A stretch of 64,000 bases of DNA from Octopus vulgaris. Its lineage: Eukaryota. Under the pieces are notes generated by a model, which saw nothing but the letters and a program-made list of their open reading frames with translations, was not told the origin of the DNA and did not search any database. The stretch is from NCBI GenBank assembly GCA_951406725.2, contig OX597815.1:113956001-114020000 (forward strand), read 5' to 3'. Position numbers and translations under genes: made by a program. Positions 25,320 through 40,700 of the stretch are shown piece by piece (positions within the stretch are counted from its first letter, which is position 1; each line of letters begins with the position of its first letter).

Positions 25320-25935
25320 AAGCACAGACTGAGAAGAGAGGGGGTTAGTTAATTAAATGAACCTCAGTACTTAACAGGTACTTTATTTTATTGGCCCAGG
25401 AGGGATAAATTGTAAAGTTGGCATCAGTAGGATTTGAACTTAGAACTTAGTGTTGAAACAAATACCACAAAGCATTTATTCCTACACTGCCAAGTCTGCC
25501 AGCTCACCACCTTGGTATAGATTTAGGTACAAGGTTAACAATTTTGATGAGAGGGGATTAATTGAAACAATTGACTCCAATACTTAACTGGTACTCTGTT
25601 GACTTGGTGATTTTTCAGTTCATAATGTAAAGAACAACTGTTTCAAGTCATTTTGTCCAACACTTTAATGATTCCTCCAGTCTACTGCCATTAATAATAA
25701 TAATAATAATGATTATGATGATTTCAAATTTTGGCACAAGACCCACGTGTTCAAGGGAAGGGGCTAGTTGATTACATTAACCCCCATGGTCAACTTGGTG
25801 CTTATTTTATCAAACCTAAAAAGATGAAAGGCAAAGCTGATCTGGGCAGAATTTGAACTCAGAATGTAGTAACTGGTGAAATACCACTAAGCATTTTGCC
25901 CAGCTTGCTAATGATTCTATCAGCTTGCTGCCTAA
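25320..25935 (-). mobile_element. Three tandem copies of a short tRNA-derived SINE (family C)
   Basis: Recurrent CAGTACTTAAC.GGTACT...GATTTGAACT.AGAA...CAGCT..C.CC units. Other copies at about 9020, 19530, 20858, 28930, 32800-33320, 33500 and 62800. Confidence 0.7.
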
Positions 25936-27445
25936 TTTCTTCAGTTGGAACTATTTTACTAATTCTTAGACAGACAGTCTTCTCCTAGCTCTTCATATTT
26001 CAAGTTCAGTTTCCACTAAAGCCATTATCATTGATCATCATTGCTAATATTAAGAATAATAGTTGCGATGATGATGATCATTTTAAGTTATGATAGGTGT
26101 GCCAGTTGATTGTACAGTCTATTTTTAACTGCTACTCGTTTCAACTGTCTCTCTTATGTCAGTGTAAAATCATTCTAATTCATATACATCAATGATCTGC
26201 ATCATATCCGGAGGGAAACAATTTCAAGTGACTTTTTCAACTAATCAGTCAAGTTTGTAAGTAATCCAGGATTGTTACAACAGCCTAACCTGCCAGTTAC
26301 TTGTTACCTCCTTAAGAATGTACTTCATAACACTAATTTTGACAAAAAATTTCAGGAAATGTTCCATTTATGTCCTGAGTAAAGAGTTAAAATCTCCAAA
26401 GCATACTCAATTTAGTTGGTAACATATCCGCTTATTTCAGTTGTCTCTAAGTTGAAAACCATAAACCCTTGTGTTTTTATGAGTTACATTACCAATAGTT
26501 TTCCGCTTGCTTGCTCTGCTACTGTCAGCAGTTGTAATAGTTGAAATCTGATCTGAAAGGGACAAGAATTATTTTGTCTAGCTACAAATAACATAATGAA
26601 AATGATGTACAGTGATTAGCTGATCTGAACCCATGAGTGTAAGGTTTGTCTTTGTTTTTGTTTTTTTTTTCTTTCTTTTTTTTTTTTACTTATGACTTGT
26701 ATTTGTTTTACCTTTTTTTTCTTTTATCTTGTTACCTTTTTAACATGTCTATATAAACAGACATTAAGTAAATGAAACATTAATAGTAAACAAAATAGAA
26801 CTATTCCTAATACCAAAATAATCTACAGACATCATTAAAAACCTTTTCTTCAAGAATTGTAATGGACAGTCAAAGAGACACCAACATAAACTTTATGTAT
26901 GCTTAAAAAAGAAAAAAACCTAACAGCTTTTGCAGGTAAACAGTTTTGTTCTGGAGGGCCTTGTCTTTTCTAACAGTGAAATTCTTGTGTAAAGATTTGT
27001 TACTCTGTGCAGTACTAATCTGTTTTATATTTTGGTGGAATGCAATGATATTGACATTTGATATAATATTAATTTTGTCATTCAATATAAGATGGTTATA
27101 ATTATTTTCTCATTTCATTAGAGATTTCTATTAGTCACATGTCGTGTAACAAAATGTAAGTTTTTGTGTGTGTGTGTGTGTGTGTGTGTATTTCTATGAA
27201 CTTTTGTTACCATTCAGCAAAAGTTGATTTTTAAGTCTACATCTGTTAACTACGCTTGTAGTTTGGCAGTTTCAACTTGTGAAGACCAGTGGAAAATAAA
27301 TACCCTACTTGAAAAATAGATATGGGTTGGTGATATGAAGGGTGTCTGTCCGAGAGATACTCCTTCAGTTAGTCACATCCAACTTATGTCATGATGATAT
27401 ATTATTTTTATTATTGAATGGATTTTTTTTCTTATATATTTCCAG

Positions 27446-27570
27446 TTAATATTGATCCTGTAAAGGTGAAGAAGGAAATGTACCAAGCCTTAAAGGATCG
27501 ACGAGATGCTCTCATTGAAACACTCAAAAAGAAAAATGAAGAGTTTAAGCAGCTATGTATACAAGAGGGG
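27446..27570 (+). CDS. Coding exon A: xNIDPVKVKKEMYQALKDRRDALIETLKKKNEEFKQLCIQEG (start of coiled coil)
   Basis: Pyrimidine tract plus TTTCCAG acceptor and GGG|GTAATT donor; 125 nt. Needs a phase-1 upstream exon or the in-frame ATG at 27478. Confidence 0.88.
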
Positions 27571-30500
27571 GTAATTTAATATTTTTCATCTTCAATATCT
27601 CTTTCATGATGTTACCATTTCTTCTTGGACAAAAATTGGCATCACTTAAAGAATTGTATTATTTTAATATTGTTATACATTCTCCAAAATGCTAATTTGA
27701 AGAATTGTTTTATTAGCTGCCACATTTCACAGAAACAACATATCGAAGTCTTCCTTTCTAAATTATTTTTTTCTTCTGTTTGGATTAAGGAATGAAAGTC
27801 ACAAAGTAATTTTTCATTTCAAACAAGTTGTGGATTTTATGGCAGAAGAAAATTTGTATTTATGCTTTTGTGTAGTTGATTCTATTAATACTTTACTTCC
27901 CACATAATCATGTTAACCCATACAAAAAATATTTGTCATAAAAGTAATCCAATTTCTGCAGTTTCATATATTTATTTCGTGATTTCAATGATGATGTAAA
28001 TGAATTTCAGAAATATTTATAAAATGTTTGTTATAATTGTAGGAACTTATTGGTCATCTTCCAAAAGACACACCGATGGCACCTGGTGAACAGCCTCCTA
28101 CGATCCGGCGGCGAGTTCGGACAGCTTTTAGTCTCTCCTCAAAGCTTGTACCAAAAGATGGTGATAATGTAAGTTATGTGTCTATTATTCTTTAATGAAG
28201 GGTAACTAAAATTGACATGAGTTTGATGGATAACTAAAATTGACATGAGTTTGATGGATAACATATAGCTAAGCACTTAATCAGAGGAGTGATATGAATT
28301 TTAAAATAGGGAAAAACCATTAGATAAAAATGCATAAAGCATAAGTTTTTCGCAAGGAAAAAAAAGAAAAAACCGTCATCTGTGTTGTCACTGAAATTTT
28401 TGTTATTCTGTGTCTGACTAGTCTATATTTTGTCTTAGAGAATATTAACTATTTTCTACTTCGCTTAAAATTTAGTCATGTTGTGTGATGCAGGTTAAGA
28501 CATTCACTTCATAATCACATGGCTCCAGCTCAACCGTAGCCATGTGAGTGGAATTGGATGGGAACTGTATGGAGATATGTTGGAGTCATTCACTGGATCA
28601 TGTTAATTTTGCCTGAGCACTAATTCTGAGAATACTCAACCACATACTGTAAATGATTAGGTAGTTCCTATTATACTAATGAAGGATTAATTTATTTACT
28701 GTAATAATCTGTGTATTGCTTACACTGCTGGATTATTCTTCAGTTGAAGATCATAGTGATTTTGGTAACTTCTAATACTATTTTCTTTTCCCAGTGCCTA
28801 GTGGCATTGATGTTATAAGGGTGTGTGGATATTTAGTTCCACATCAAAACATTTTATTTTCCTAATTTTTCTGCTCTCTCTCTCTCCCTGCTTCTAATTT
28901 TCAAAGACTATTGATCAAACCAGGATGCAGTTTTACTCCCATCTTTATTGCTTAAGCCCTTTATACTTTTAGCCCAATTCCCACTATGGTCAACTTTACC
29001 TTTTGATCCTTTTTATGTTGATGAAATAAAGGCCAGCTAAGTACTGGGATCAACAGACCACGATAAGTAACAACCTAATGTACTGGAAATTATTATTAAA
29101 TTCCGCCAAGGTCAACTTTGCCTTTCATCCTTTTGGGGTCAATGAAATCAACTATCCCCTTCCTCCAAATTTCAGGCCTTGTGCCTATAGTAGAAAGGAT
29201 TATTATAAATAGTAATACCAAACTATATGTAAATGTTTAAAATATCATTTTGTAGTAGAATAAAACTGTTGCAAGTATAGCCAAGTTCTCAGCAGCTGTG
29301 GGACAGATTTTTAGATATGTGTTTGTTTTAATCTGTTGTTTTCTTTTACATACAAAGTCAACATGAAAATAGTGGGAATCCAACCCATGTCTCCATTGCA
29401 GATACCTTGACCTGACTACTGCCATATCATAAAAAAACTTCTAGCAGATTTCATAGACATAAAATGTAGATATTTATGAAAGAATTAACACGAGATCTAT
29501 TTTTTAAATAGTCTATGACTAATCAGTAATAATAACAGTGAGTAATTAGTTTTTAACAAATGAGCTGTGGATTTGACTCTGTTTCAAATTCTTATTACTG
29601 TCACATTGGCTTTGTATATCTGACCTCCACAACATTCTATTCAACAGAGCCAAACATGAAATTATCATTAAATCTCAGTTTACCTGTTACTTGAAGGAAA
29701 TTTAACATAAATTTAATTGTTCATACTATGAGTCATCAGGATATTACATTTGGATTCCTTTAAAGTGATCCAAGTGAACTAGTCAGTTGTTGTGGTTAAA
29801 AGGTCCATTTCACAATCATATCTTTCCAAGTTCAATTCTATTGCATCGCACCTTGGGAGAGTTACTGCTGTAGCCTTGGGTTGAACCAAGCCTTGTCAGT
29901 GAAATTGGACAGATGTAAACTGTACAGAAGCTTGTCAGACATTCTTAGATAAGAGTTTTGAAATCTTAATCTTCTGTCTGTCATTTGGGCACTGCTCTTT
30001 CTCTTCTGAGTGAGACATTAAAGAATTTTTTTTAATGTACATGCGTAATGTTTGCAATAATTATAGGTGTGTAGATGTGCACAAGTAGCTACAATCAAAG
30101 GGTTTATAGCAAAGTAGTAATTACACTGAGATATAAGCAAAGACAATATAGGTTCAAACCCCACAAAGTTCTTATTAGTTTTGTATAGCAACACAAAAGC
30201 ACTGTTTAAAAGATGTATGTGTAATGAAAGAAGTGAAGGCTTATAATCCTGTTACCTGGGCCTTGAATATGCTAAATTGAAGCTGATTAAATACAGCTTT
30301 GTAGTGTGTACCATGCAAAAGGCATCTTAGAAATCATACTGTTTACCTGCATTGAGAATATTTTATGCTAGCAATCGTATTTGGCTGTGCTCTTGAATAG
30401 TTGGTATTAAACCAAATTAAACTAGATCCATGATTGCATACATATGTCTGTCTGTGTGAATATGTAGATGGACATAGAGATGGTACCAAGTGTGATTTGT

Positions 30501-31467
30501 GAATATCTCATTAAGAGATTGCAGTGCTCTATATATGGTTGATAGCTCTTGTTTGATGAGGTGCAACATCTGCAAAAGATTGAAACTTCTTTTGATCAAA
30601 GAAGTGTAACCTCTCTTCAGATACAATTTATTATTTTTTATCAAAGCACACTTATACTATGTCGCTCACATTCTGCTTTTTATATGTTAGATGTACACAT
30701 ACTTACATACCTATGTCGCTCACATTCTGCTTTTTATATGTTAGATGTACACATACTTACATACATGCACCCATGCATGTGCACAAGGCAGTCAGAACAT
30801 TTGAATCCATAGGAAATTTGATGTATATATATTCTTCTAGTCCAACAGTTATGGTTTGGACAGGGATATTTAGTGAAAGATTAATGTCTATATTTGCTTA
30901 TGGTACTGTAATAGGAAGAGCATAAATCTGTACTTTCATCATCATCATTGTTCGACCGTGGTCGAGATAATGGAATTTACTATGATTACGCCAGACTTTA
31001 CGGTCCATCATAGCATTACGGAGGTCCTGTTGCTGGATGCCTGTATCCCTGGAGATTACTTTACAATCCTGTGTTGTTCACAAAGACAATATTTCTTTGT
31101 CAGAGCAACATAAAATATAACTGAAACAAACTAGCACACCACCAGATTTTTACTATTAATGGGGCAAATTATTTAGGTGAAGGTTTTACCATCAGGCATA
31201 TCTGGAGACAATGTCCAGTTGAACAGTCCTCTTAAACATCTGAAGTCAGTAGTTGACATGAATTTACCCAGAACTAGCAATACATTAAAGGAGGTATATA
31301 CATTTGTGCTAACGTTAGTACAGATAAATTTAGAAAATTCAAAGTTCATGTATTTAATGGAACAAAGGACCTCATTTAAGTTCTTTTTTTGTGGATCCAA
31401 ACTGTTGGGCTACTCTGTCTGTATGTATCTGTGTATGTATATATATGTGTGTGTGTGTATATATATA

Positions 31468-31526
<59 letters not shown>

Positions 31527-34500
31527 TAGCAGTATCACCCGGCGATGCTCGGGTTTGTAAGGGAAATAACTATATAAGCATTTTTAGAGAGTTACTTCTC
31601 TTATAAATTCGGGCTTTCTTAGCCATTTTTGTTTTGGTGTCTTCAAGCCATGAAGTCGTTGTTCTAAAAGAACGCTGGTCTCCTTCACGACGCATTATGA
31701 CGTTGATTTCTTTACACTCCCTTCCCCACAGCTTCAGAGGGAGGGAAGGGGGAGAAGCAAACAGGTGCAGCTGTGAGCGTGGACGCCAACTCAGCCGCCA
31801 TCGACACACGATGCATTTTATGCATTAAAATGGAATTAAAAAAATGTTAAATTATTTTTAAAATCGTAGACTCATCGTTGACGCGCGCTAATATTCAGAC
31901 GGGCTCGATATGAATCACGACTATAAGATACCCGAATTTGGTTAAACTGCACCGCAAAATGTGGGAGGAGTTAGGAATCTAAATCGAAGGGGACAGACAC
32001 TCACACAACTAGAGTTTTATATATATAGATATATAAGAAATACATATATAGTGAAAGATTAAAAGAAATTGAGTAAGCACTCTGATCCTCAATGATTCTT
32101 GTTTTTACTTGCAGATGGAGAATGAGTTGTCATGTCTTGAACTCGAATATGAGCTGCAAAGTAAGATCACCAGTGCAGCTAATAAGCTGGCACACGATCC
32201 ATCAGTCAGCAAACAGGTGCGAAAGCAAAGAAAACAATCCTACCAGAAGGCTGAAACTAAGGTGAGTTAAAAGATACCAGTTTATTTGTGTGTTTGTATG
32301 TGTGTGCATTAACATCATCGTCATTTAATGCTTACCTTTCTTTCTGGCATGAGTTGAGTGGTTCAACAGGATCCTTTGGGTCAGGACTGCATCGTGCTCA
32401 GATGTCTGCTTCGGAATGGTTTCTATTCTTAATGGCAAGCACTTTTCAGTGTGTCATCCATGCCAGTGCCATGTAAAATGTACCCATGCCAGTACCACAT
32501 ATAAAGCTCTGGTGCTGGTGCCATGTAAAAAGCGCCCAGTACACTGTGTAAAGTGGTTAGCATTAGGTACAGCATCCATGCTAGAACAGACAATAGAGCC
32601 TGGTGTAGCTCTCTGGCTGGGCAGCACCTGTCAAATTCGTCTAACCTATGACAGCATGGAAAATGGGCATTAAATGATGAATAAGAGCATAGTAGAGAGG
32701 AAGGTGACCTTATTCTAGGTGTTGAGAGGTCAAAGTATGAAAAAAGGACTGGAGTAAGTGTCTAGCTGTAGAAGAGTTACATGGCTACCTTGCACTGTAT
32801 AAGGTATTTAATGGCATTTCTTCCAGTTTTATGTTCTGGGTTCAAATGTCACTAAGGTTTACTTTGTCTTTCATCTTTCTGGGGTCAATAAGTAAGTACT
32901 GTTTGAGTACTATGGTCAATTTAACTTATACCCCCCATGCTAAAATAGCTGGCTTTCTACCAATATTTGAAACCATTATTATAAATGCGGATGAAACCAT
33001 TGCTATCATTAGGTATGAATTGGTAGAATTGTTAGAGTATTGGAGAAAATGCCTCTTGGTGTTTTTCAGCTCCTTTCATTCTGAGGTCAGTTTTGCTGTT
33101 CTTTTCTTTTTTTTGAGGAGTGGGGTGGTTGATAGAATAGTGTCAACCAAGTACTGGGGTCGATAGTATTGTCTTACTCCCTCCCTTCAGATTTTGTCAA
33201 GGACAACTTTGCTTTCTTTTTTTTTGTGTCAGATCAATAAAATAAAGTGTCACTGAAGTACTGAAGTTAATATTAATATAATTGACTGTTTACCTCTTCC
33301 AAAATTTCTGGCCTCAGTCTTTTGTTGCATATGCATAGTGAAAAACTTTGAAAGAAGTAGTACCAGTGGCCATACAGTGAAAGAGTTTAGTTCCTCAATT
33401 TGTAAACAATTTGGCAACAGAAGCAGTATTAATATTAAAAAATAACATTTATCCTCACTTAAAAATGGGTGTTGTGTTAAATCATTACGAAATAATTTCT
33501 GAAGTAGGTGTAAGGCCAGATAATCTGGAGGAAGGAATAGTTAAGCATTTGACTGGTACATTTTTATTGAACTCAGAAGGATGAAGGGCAGAATTAACCT
33601 TGACAAGATTTTACCTCAGAATGTGAGGAACTGGAATAAATACCAAGATGCAGATGTTCGATACTGTAACTTTTCTGCCCTACAAAATAATACTGAATAA
33701 TATATTTAGCCATCAAAGTCCTATATAACTATTTGCTTTGACTACATTCATCATCATTGTCATCTAATGTCTGTTTTCTATTTTGCCATCAGTTGGACAG
33801 TTTGCCTGAAAACTGGTAAGCAGGGGAGCTGCACCAGGTTCCAATCTGATTTGGCATGGTTTCTATGGCTGGATGCCCTTCCTAACGCCAACCACTCCAA
33901 ACGTGTTGTGGGTACTTTTTTTTTTATATGCTACCAGCATGGGTGCCATTTACATAACATCAGAATCAATTACGACTACGATCTCACTTGTTTTGACAGG
34001 TCTTCTCAAGCACAGTATATTGCCTAAGTTCTCAGTCACTTGTCACTCCCTTCATGAAGCCCAATGTTTGAAGGGTGCTTTTTATGTGCCACTGGCACAG
34101 GTTCCAGTTACACGACACTGGCATCAGCCACGACTGTGATTTCACTTGGCTTGACAGGTCTCTCTCACACTATCTCAAATTAAGTCAGTTGCTAAACATA
34201 TGAAACTGAAGAGTAATGTATTTCTATGTTTTTATTTTTAATTATTTGTTTTATAATCATTAAAAAAAATTTTCTTCTAGTTAAAAGAAATGGAGAAGAA
34301 GCTGAATGAAATGAGAAAGAAAGCTGGTCATTCCACTTTAAAAGTTAGTCCTGTATACCAAGGTAAGTGTCGAGTGTAACAGAAGTTAACTGTTGACACA
34401 GACAGTGGTCAAATGTTTGCTAACTGTTGTGTTTCATTCATAATTTAATCATAGTTTAATTATTATTTATCATGTAAAATGATTTTTTAAAAATATTTTT

Positions 34501-37500
34501 AATATTACAAAGTATGAAAGGAGTTGAAACCTAACAATATCATTTTTGTTCGATCAATTTCTGTTGAATATAAAGATTTAATATAACTGATATTATTACA
34601 GCAACATGGAAACTTAAAACCATTCAACATCATTAGACATCCATTCTTTGATGTAGGCATGGTTTTTGATGGGCCTATTTCCAGCATTGTAGCTCACTGT
34701 GTATCACAGTTTTAAGAAATCTGATAACACACATAACAGAGAAACTTGCCAATCTTTGTTATGTCACATCTTCGCAGGGTTTTAACATTTAAATATCCTG
34801 CCTATTTCCAGTGGCCAGATGTGTGTTTCACAAAAGATTGGGCCCATTTGCAAACATCAGGTGATGTCATGACAAAAGTACACATACACACACACACACA
34901 CATCTACAACCCCTATATGTAAATTTTTATATATCTTCATTAAATAAATCATGAAGCTGTCTTTAAAATGTTTGGTAGTGATAAATTTGTCAGATATCAC
35001 AAAGGTTTGAGAAATTTCTTTTTAACCAAGATCTTCTTTCACCAAAATCCTTGTGATTCACTGTAAAAAAATCATTTTTCCTGTGAGGTCTTTTTACTAC
35101 CTGCAGATGTTAGTATTTCAAATATAATGTGCATGTAGAATAATTACACACAAAATACTTTTGCCTACACTACTGTTTCTTGTAGAATCATAAGGCTTTG
35201 GAAAACCACAGTTGGGAAACATTGTTTTACACTGGATGCATTTTATCGTAGTACCATTTAGAGTGGTTGTCTGTCCAAACTAAAAACCCTTCTCTGCTCT
35301 GGATCAACTTCAGATTTAGTGACCTCTGAGATTGGTTCTTTTCACTGTAGCTTACATTGGGAACATTGCCTTCATTTCTTCCTTGTGATAATGTAACACA
35401 GCTGTGATATATCAATTTCATTAGTAATGAAATATGAGTCAACTCAAGGAATCAAAAACACCGGCTGGCATCTGGAAGTGCCACATGTTAGGAAGTACCA
35501 GAACTGAGTTTCTGTGTACCCCCACCTTGCTCTATGTCTAATTTTAAAACTTTGTTTATTTAATTTTTGACATATTTTAATTCTTATGTCTAAATAGAGC
35601 TAACAGTTCACATTAACTGTGTTGATCTGATTGTTAGCTCCTCTTAGACTTGTGCAAAATTATAATTTTTAGACTGCCAAACCTCAGCTTTTACAGGAAA
35701 AACACTAACCATAGTATCAGAACTGAACATCAACACAAATAGGTTTTTTTTTAAAAGCAATATTGCACTTCTTACAAACTGAGCCTAACACATCTGTTTG
35801 ATGCTAAAAACAATTTGATCTCTTCATTATTGAATTCATTTTTCTTATTTCTATAATATTAAGTTTTTCTTTTACATCTTTTGGATACATCAAATCCTAG
35901 TGCACCCATTACATTATACTGTGCTTTTAGAGAAAATATACACCTCTGCTTACATTTATCACTCCCCTTAAATAGTTATCTCAATTCCTGAAAATTATTC
36001 AGGTTAGAATAGAGGAAAAGTATGAAATGCCAGCCATAAACTTGCAGATAAAGATGTAAAGACTGGTACTATTGAATTTCACATCTTTAAAGTATTAAGT
36101 CATGTGGTTTTAATGATTCAGTTAAAGTAGCTAAGAAAAACTTTTTATCACATAGTTTGTATTGTCAATGGTTTTTCCCCATACTCTTCATATCTTTTGG
36201 TTCTTCATTACTCTGCTGGTATTTGGTTAAACAGGGAAATCTTTATTTCCTTACCAATATCTTGTTCTTAAACCTGTTTAAACAATGTTGATAATTTGTA
36301 TGGTTTTATAAACTGAAAATCTTTTTTTATAAGTAAATATTATTAATGATTATTGTTTTATTCTTATCAATGCATCCCTAGACCCAAGTGAGGACAGTCT
36401 TGGACCTACTACTGATAGTGGTCAGTACTTTATTTGCAAGTTCCAGACTATGCAAATGCTATCTTTTCCTCTTCTATTTTTATTTCTTTAAAATCTGAAT
36501 GTCTGCATATATCTCTATTGTCTGCTTTGAATAATTCTCAGTCTTTTTTGTTTTAATTTAAAAAGTCTATATCAGTGCTCTTCTCAAAATAAATACTTCT
36601 TAGATATCAAAATACCTGCAGCATTAGAAAGTCATCGTGCCTTTGTATGTGTATATGCATTGTATATAATTTCACAAAGTCAATGCTTGGTCAAAAGGAT
36701 AAAGGCTTCTAAAGCTTCAGTTCTAAGCTTTGATTAATAATTTTCAAAATCTAAACATTACACATCTCTTGAAATAACTTCCTTCTCACTTCAAAGTTAA
36801 TATCCTCACAATTATTATCTATGCTAGATATAATTATTTCTAGTGGTCTCATCATTAACTTAAAATGATTAGGTATGCTATATACATGGAGCATTTTTTT
36901 TTTATGGAGTAGTTTATATGCTCTAGTTAGGGAGATATCAGATTGCACTGAAAAAAAAATCCATCCACCATTACAAATTAATTCCATCTTCTATAACTCC
37001 CTGTTTATGCTTTGCCTTGTCTACCATGATTACAAGAGCAGTGGCTCTTCTGAATTTTCTCACTATATAGCATATGTTTATTTAGACATATCTTACTCTT
37101 GTCTCTTCCTCACTCTTTCCATTTAACTTGTGCATTTTACTTCTTTATCTCTTCAATTCTTCTGCCTATGCATTAACTCACTTTTTAAGCAAAGTTTTAA
37201 GTTTGTTGATCCAGACTAATTGTGGCATGTTTCCAGACCAAGTGAACCTCTCAATATTCTGAGCTCTGCTTTCCTTCTCCAAATCAAAAGACCCAAAAAT
37301 AATTACAATTTTGTTAAGGCTTATTCAATTAGAGGAAAGGAAATTGATTGTAAGAACATCTGCTTAGATTTTGTCTGATTTTCAGAACTATTTTTTAAAT
37401 CTTGTCAGTATAGAATCACCACAGCTGCCTTAATGAGCTATTGTGTGAAGGTTATGTGGTTTTTATTCCATCAGCAATACTCAACAAACTCTGTTCTTAA

Positions 37501-37734
37501 TCAACACATTTAGCTCTTACAGGTTCACTTGGCTTACTTTAAGTAACTGCCATTTACAAAGAAATACAGTTCATTGTAGAAAGGAGCAGATGGGTATTTT
37601 ATTAGTTATCCAAGCTCCTATGAGTTTGAATAAAGCAATGAGATATATTTCCATCATTTTCTTAAAAAATCCTGTTTTTGTTTCATCTAGGATCAACAGA
37701 AAATAACTTGGTTATCATTTTCCTTTGTTTAAAA

Positions 37735-37774
<40 letters not shown>

Positions 37775-40700
37775 CACTAGGACAAATATATCAAAGTATG
37801 AGTGATACATTTTCATTGAAAAAATACTAAAACATAGAAATTGCTTAATTGATACATTTTAGAATACTGTTATGACAGGTATATATGGATGGTTGACATA
37901 CTATCATTAAAATGCTATTAGAACAAGGACATCTCTGTATGATCTCTTGACTAGCTAAAAATAGCAGCCAAACATGGTAGTATGTGATCTGAATATTCAT
38001 TCAAAATTAATTAAACAATAGCATGTTACTACATGTAGAGTGGATGGTGTTCAAGATAGGAATTAGCCAGGATAGAAATAGTGCAAAGGTTTTGCTGAAA
38101 GCTGTATGTTATGAATACAGTAATAAGCATTAATGAAACTTGTGATACTATTCTGCAGAGCTCTTTCATAAAGCTTGTGTGAAAATATTAAAGTTTATTA
38201 CATAATTGTTTGTAATTTGAAGCCTTAACCTTTTATATGTGCCAGACTAAGAGTCAATGTTTCTGATATTTAAGGATTATGACATTAATTGTATGGTCAT
38301 TAATTCAGCTCTTACTACAATTTGTTTGTCATGCTTGTGGACAAAGAACATATCTGTGTTTGCTTTTAATTAACCTGACTGACCATAGTCTTACTTGAAT
38401 GCTTGGCAGTTTAGATTGGACATTCTGTTATTTTGAAAAACAACTTAAAAAATCTGGTCCATTTATACTAGTGTAGACTGGAAACAAAATTGAAACATAA
38501 GATAAGATTTACTCTCATGTCAGTATGATAGAGGTTGTTAAACCTTATCACAGCCACTGTACATTTTCTTATCTTAAATATATTTAGCACTATTGAGTGG
38601 ATGGTGTGTAATGTCTTCTACTTATTAAACAACCTCCCCAACAGCTCATATTCCAAATCTTTGAAACTATCCAAGATTCATTACCTAAAAAAACAAAAAA
38701 AAAAAGGGAAAGAAAATGTAAATATATCTGTATTTGTAAAACTTATGCCAGTGCTTACAAAGTTCCTCTTTCAATGAATATATCCCTTTCTACTGTATTT
38801 CTTTATCATTAAAATACAATAAAAATAATAGTGGCTTCTGATAATTTAGTTTCATCTTTATTTTCCTCAACCTTCTGTTGCATGTTATCTTTGATGTCTA
38901 GAAACTGCTTTTCTTATTGTCATTTTCAGTTTCTAAAATTATTGACATTTATTATTCTGTGTTGTCAGCTTTAAAATCTTAAAATTCCTGTCTGCATTTG
39001 AAATCAGAATGCTAATCTTGATCTCTGAAATCTTTAAAACTCTTCTTAATTTTCATTATTTTTGTTTCACATTCTCCATAATTTCATTCCTTTTCTCCAG
39101 TTTCTTGATACTATTCCTGTCTTGTGTTGCTAAAAATATTTAATTTCAGTAAAACTTTCCTTCAGAGATTGTTCAAGAAAACTTAAATATACTACCTAAT
39201 GAACTCACAAAATCTTGATTGAATATACGGTACTATTAAATATTATACTAGATCTTGTCTGTAATTATCATAGTCATATAGGGCATAGTACTACTGAGTT
39301 AAGATTGCAATAATACTTACCTAAATATTCAGACATTCTCCAGGCATACAGAAAAAACTGAACTCAAATTGTAGTTTGTCATCAGGCTAACAAGTTTTAA
39401 CCTTTATGGTTTTTCCTCAAAACTCTGAGTTGAATGAACTTGATATCATTTTCTACCAAATTTACATCTGTTATAGTCATCTCATTTTCTTCCAATTTTA
39501 TCTTTAAAAAATACAGATTATACTTTGCAATTATGTCCTATTAATATCAAAAATGTTATTTAGGAAGTCTATAGTCATGTTATTGAAGAAATGATATAAT
39601 TCCATATGTTAAAAAAATTTGGCATTGTAAGAATATTTTAGCCTTGTTTGATTAGATCTATAGTCAAAGGCATTCCAGCTATGACTATCTCTTTTTTTTT
39701 CTATGTACAAGGAGTTTGGCACCACATTAGCTAATGTTCTTTAAAAAACAAAATGTAGGGTGTAACTTGGCTGTTTAGCTCCTTGTTGGTTAAGAACTAA
39801 GTTTTACCATCATTGGTTTGTGTGTGTGTATAACAATTCATTGATTCAAAAATGCTTAAGTAATTGAATTTTTAGATGCTAAATATTTTTAGTGATAAAG
39901 TAGAATTAAATGATAAATATTTGCTTACATTTTTGTGAGCAATGTTCTGTGCAGATATACATAGCAAATGTAATACATCATGCTATCAACAAAAAATGTG
40001 AGTTCGATTCTCTCTGAGAAGTCATTTGATCTGTACAAAAGCACTGTTTAAAACATATTTACACACACACAATTCCAGTGACAGCTATCATTATATATGT
40101 ATTAAACTTTATAAATAATACATACATTCACATTAATTTTTATTTCAGAACCTGAGATGATATCACCAGTTCCATCTCCTGTTCCTCATTCTAAAAGAGA
40201 CTGTTCTCATGTGGCTTTCACAAATAATGTAAGTTACTATACTCTATTCTCTATATTTCTACTTACCTAACCACCTTTTTTAGGGATACTTGACAGATAA
40301 ATCCAAAACCTTACTTCCTTAAGCTGTTTCCCTTCACTACTTTAGTACTAAGTACCTTTATCTAATTGGTTTTTCAATTTAGAATAACTTAATTCTTAGT
40401 ATTATTCAGGTATTTCTTACGATAGTTGACTTTCAACAGTTAAACAGAACATTTACAGCATCAAGCTCACTGATCTCAGAGGGGCTGCAAAAGTTATAGG
40501 TAATGCTCCTTCTTCCAGACACAATAAGTAATAAAAAAAATTTTTTTATTTCATGATTATCATATGCCTGTTTTTCGATGCTAACCTGGGTTAATTAGGC
40601 TTTCTCCAGTACAATGTCTTGCAACTTTTTACAGTTCTTTGAAATCTCTTTTGTGAGATTAGCTTCTACCTCTTCTACCGAAATTGCTCTACTTGATCTT

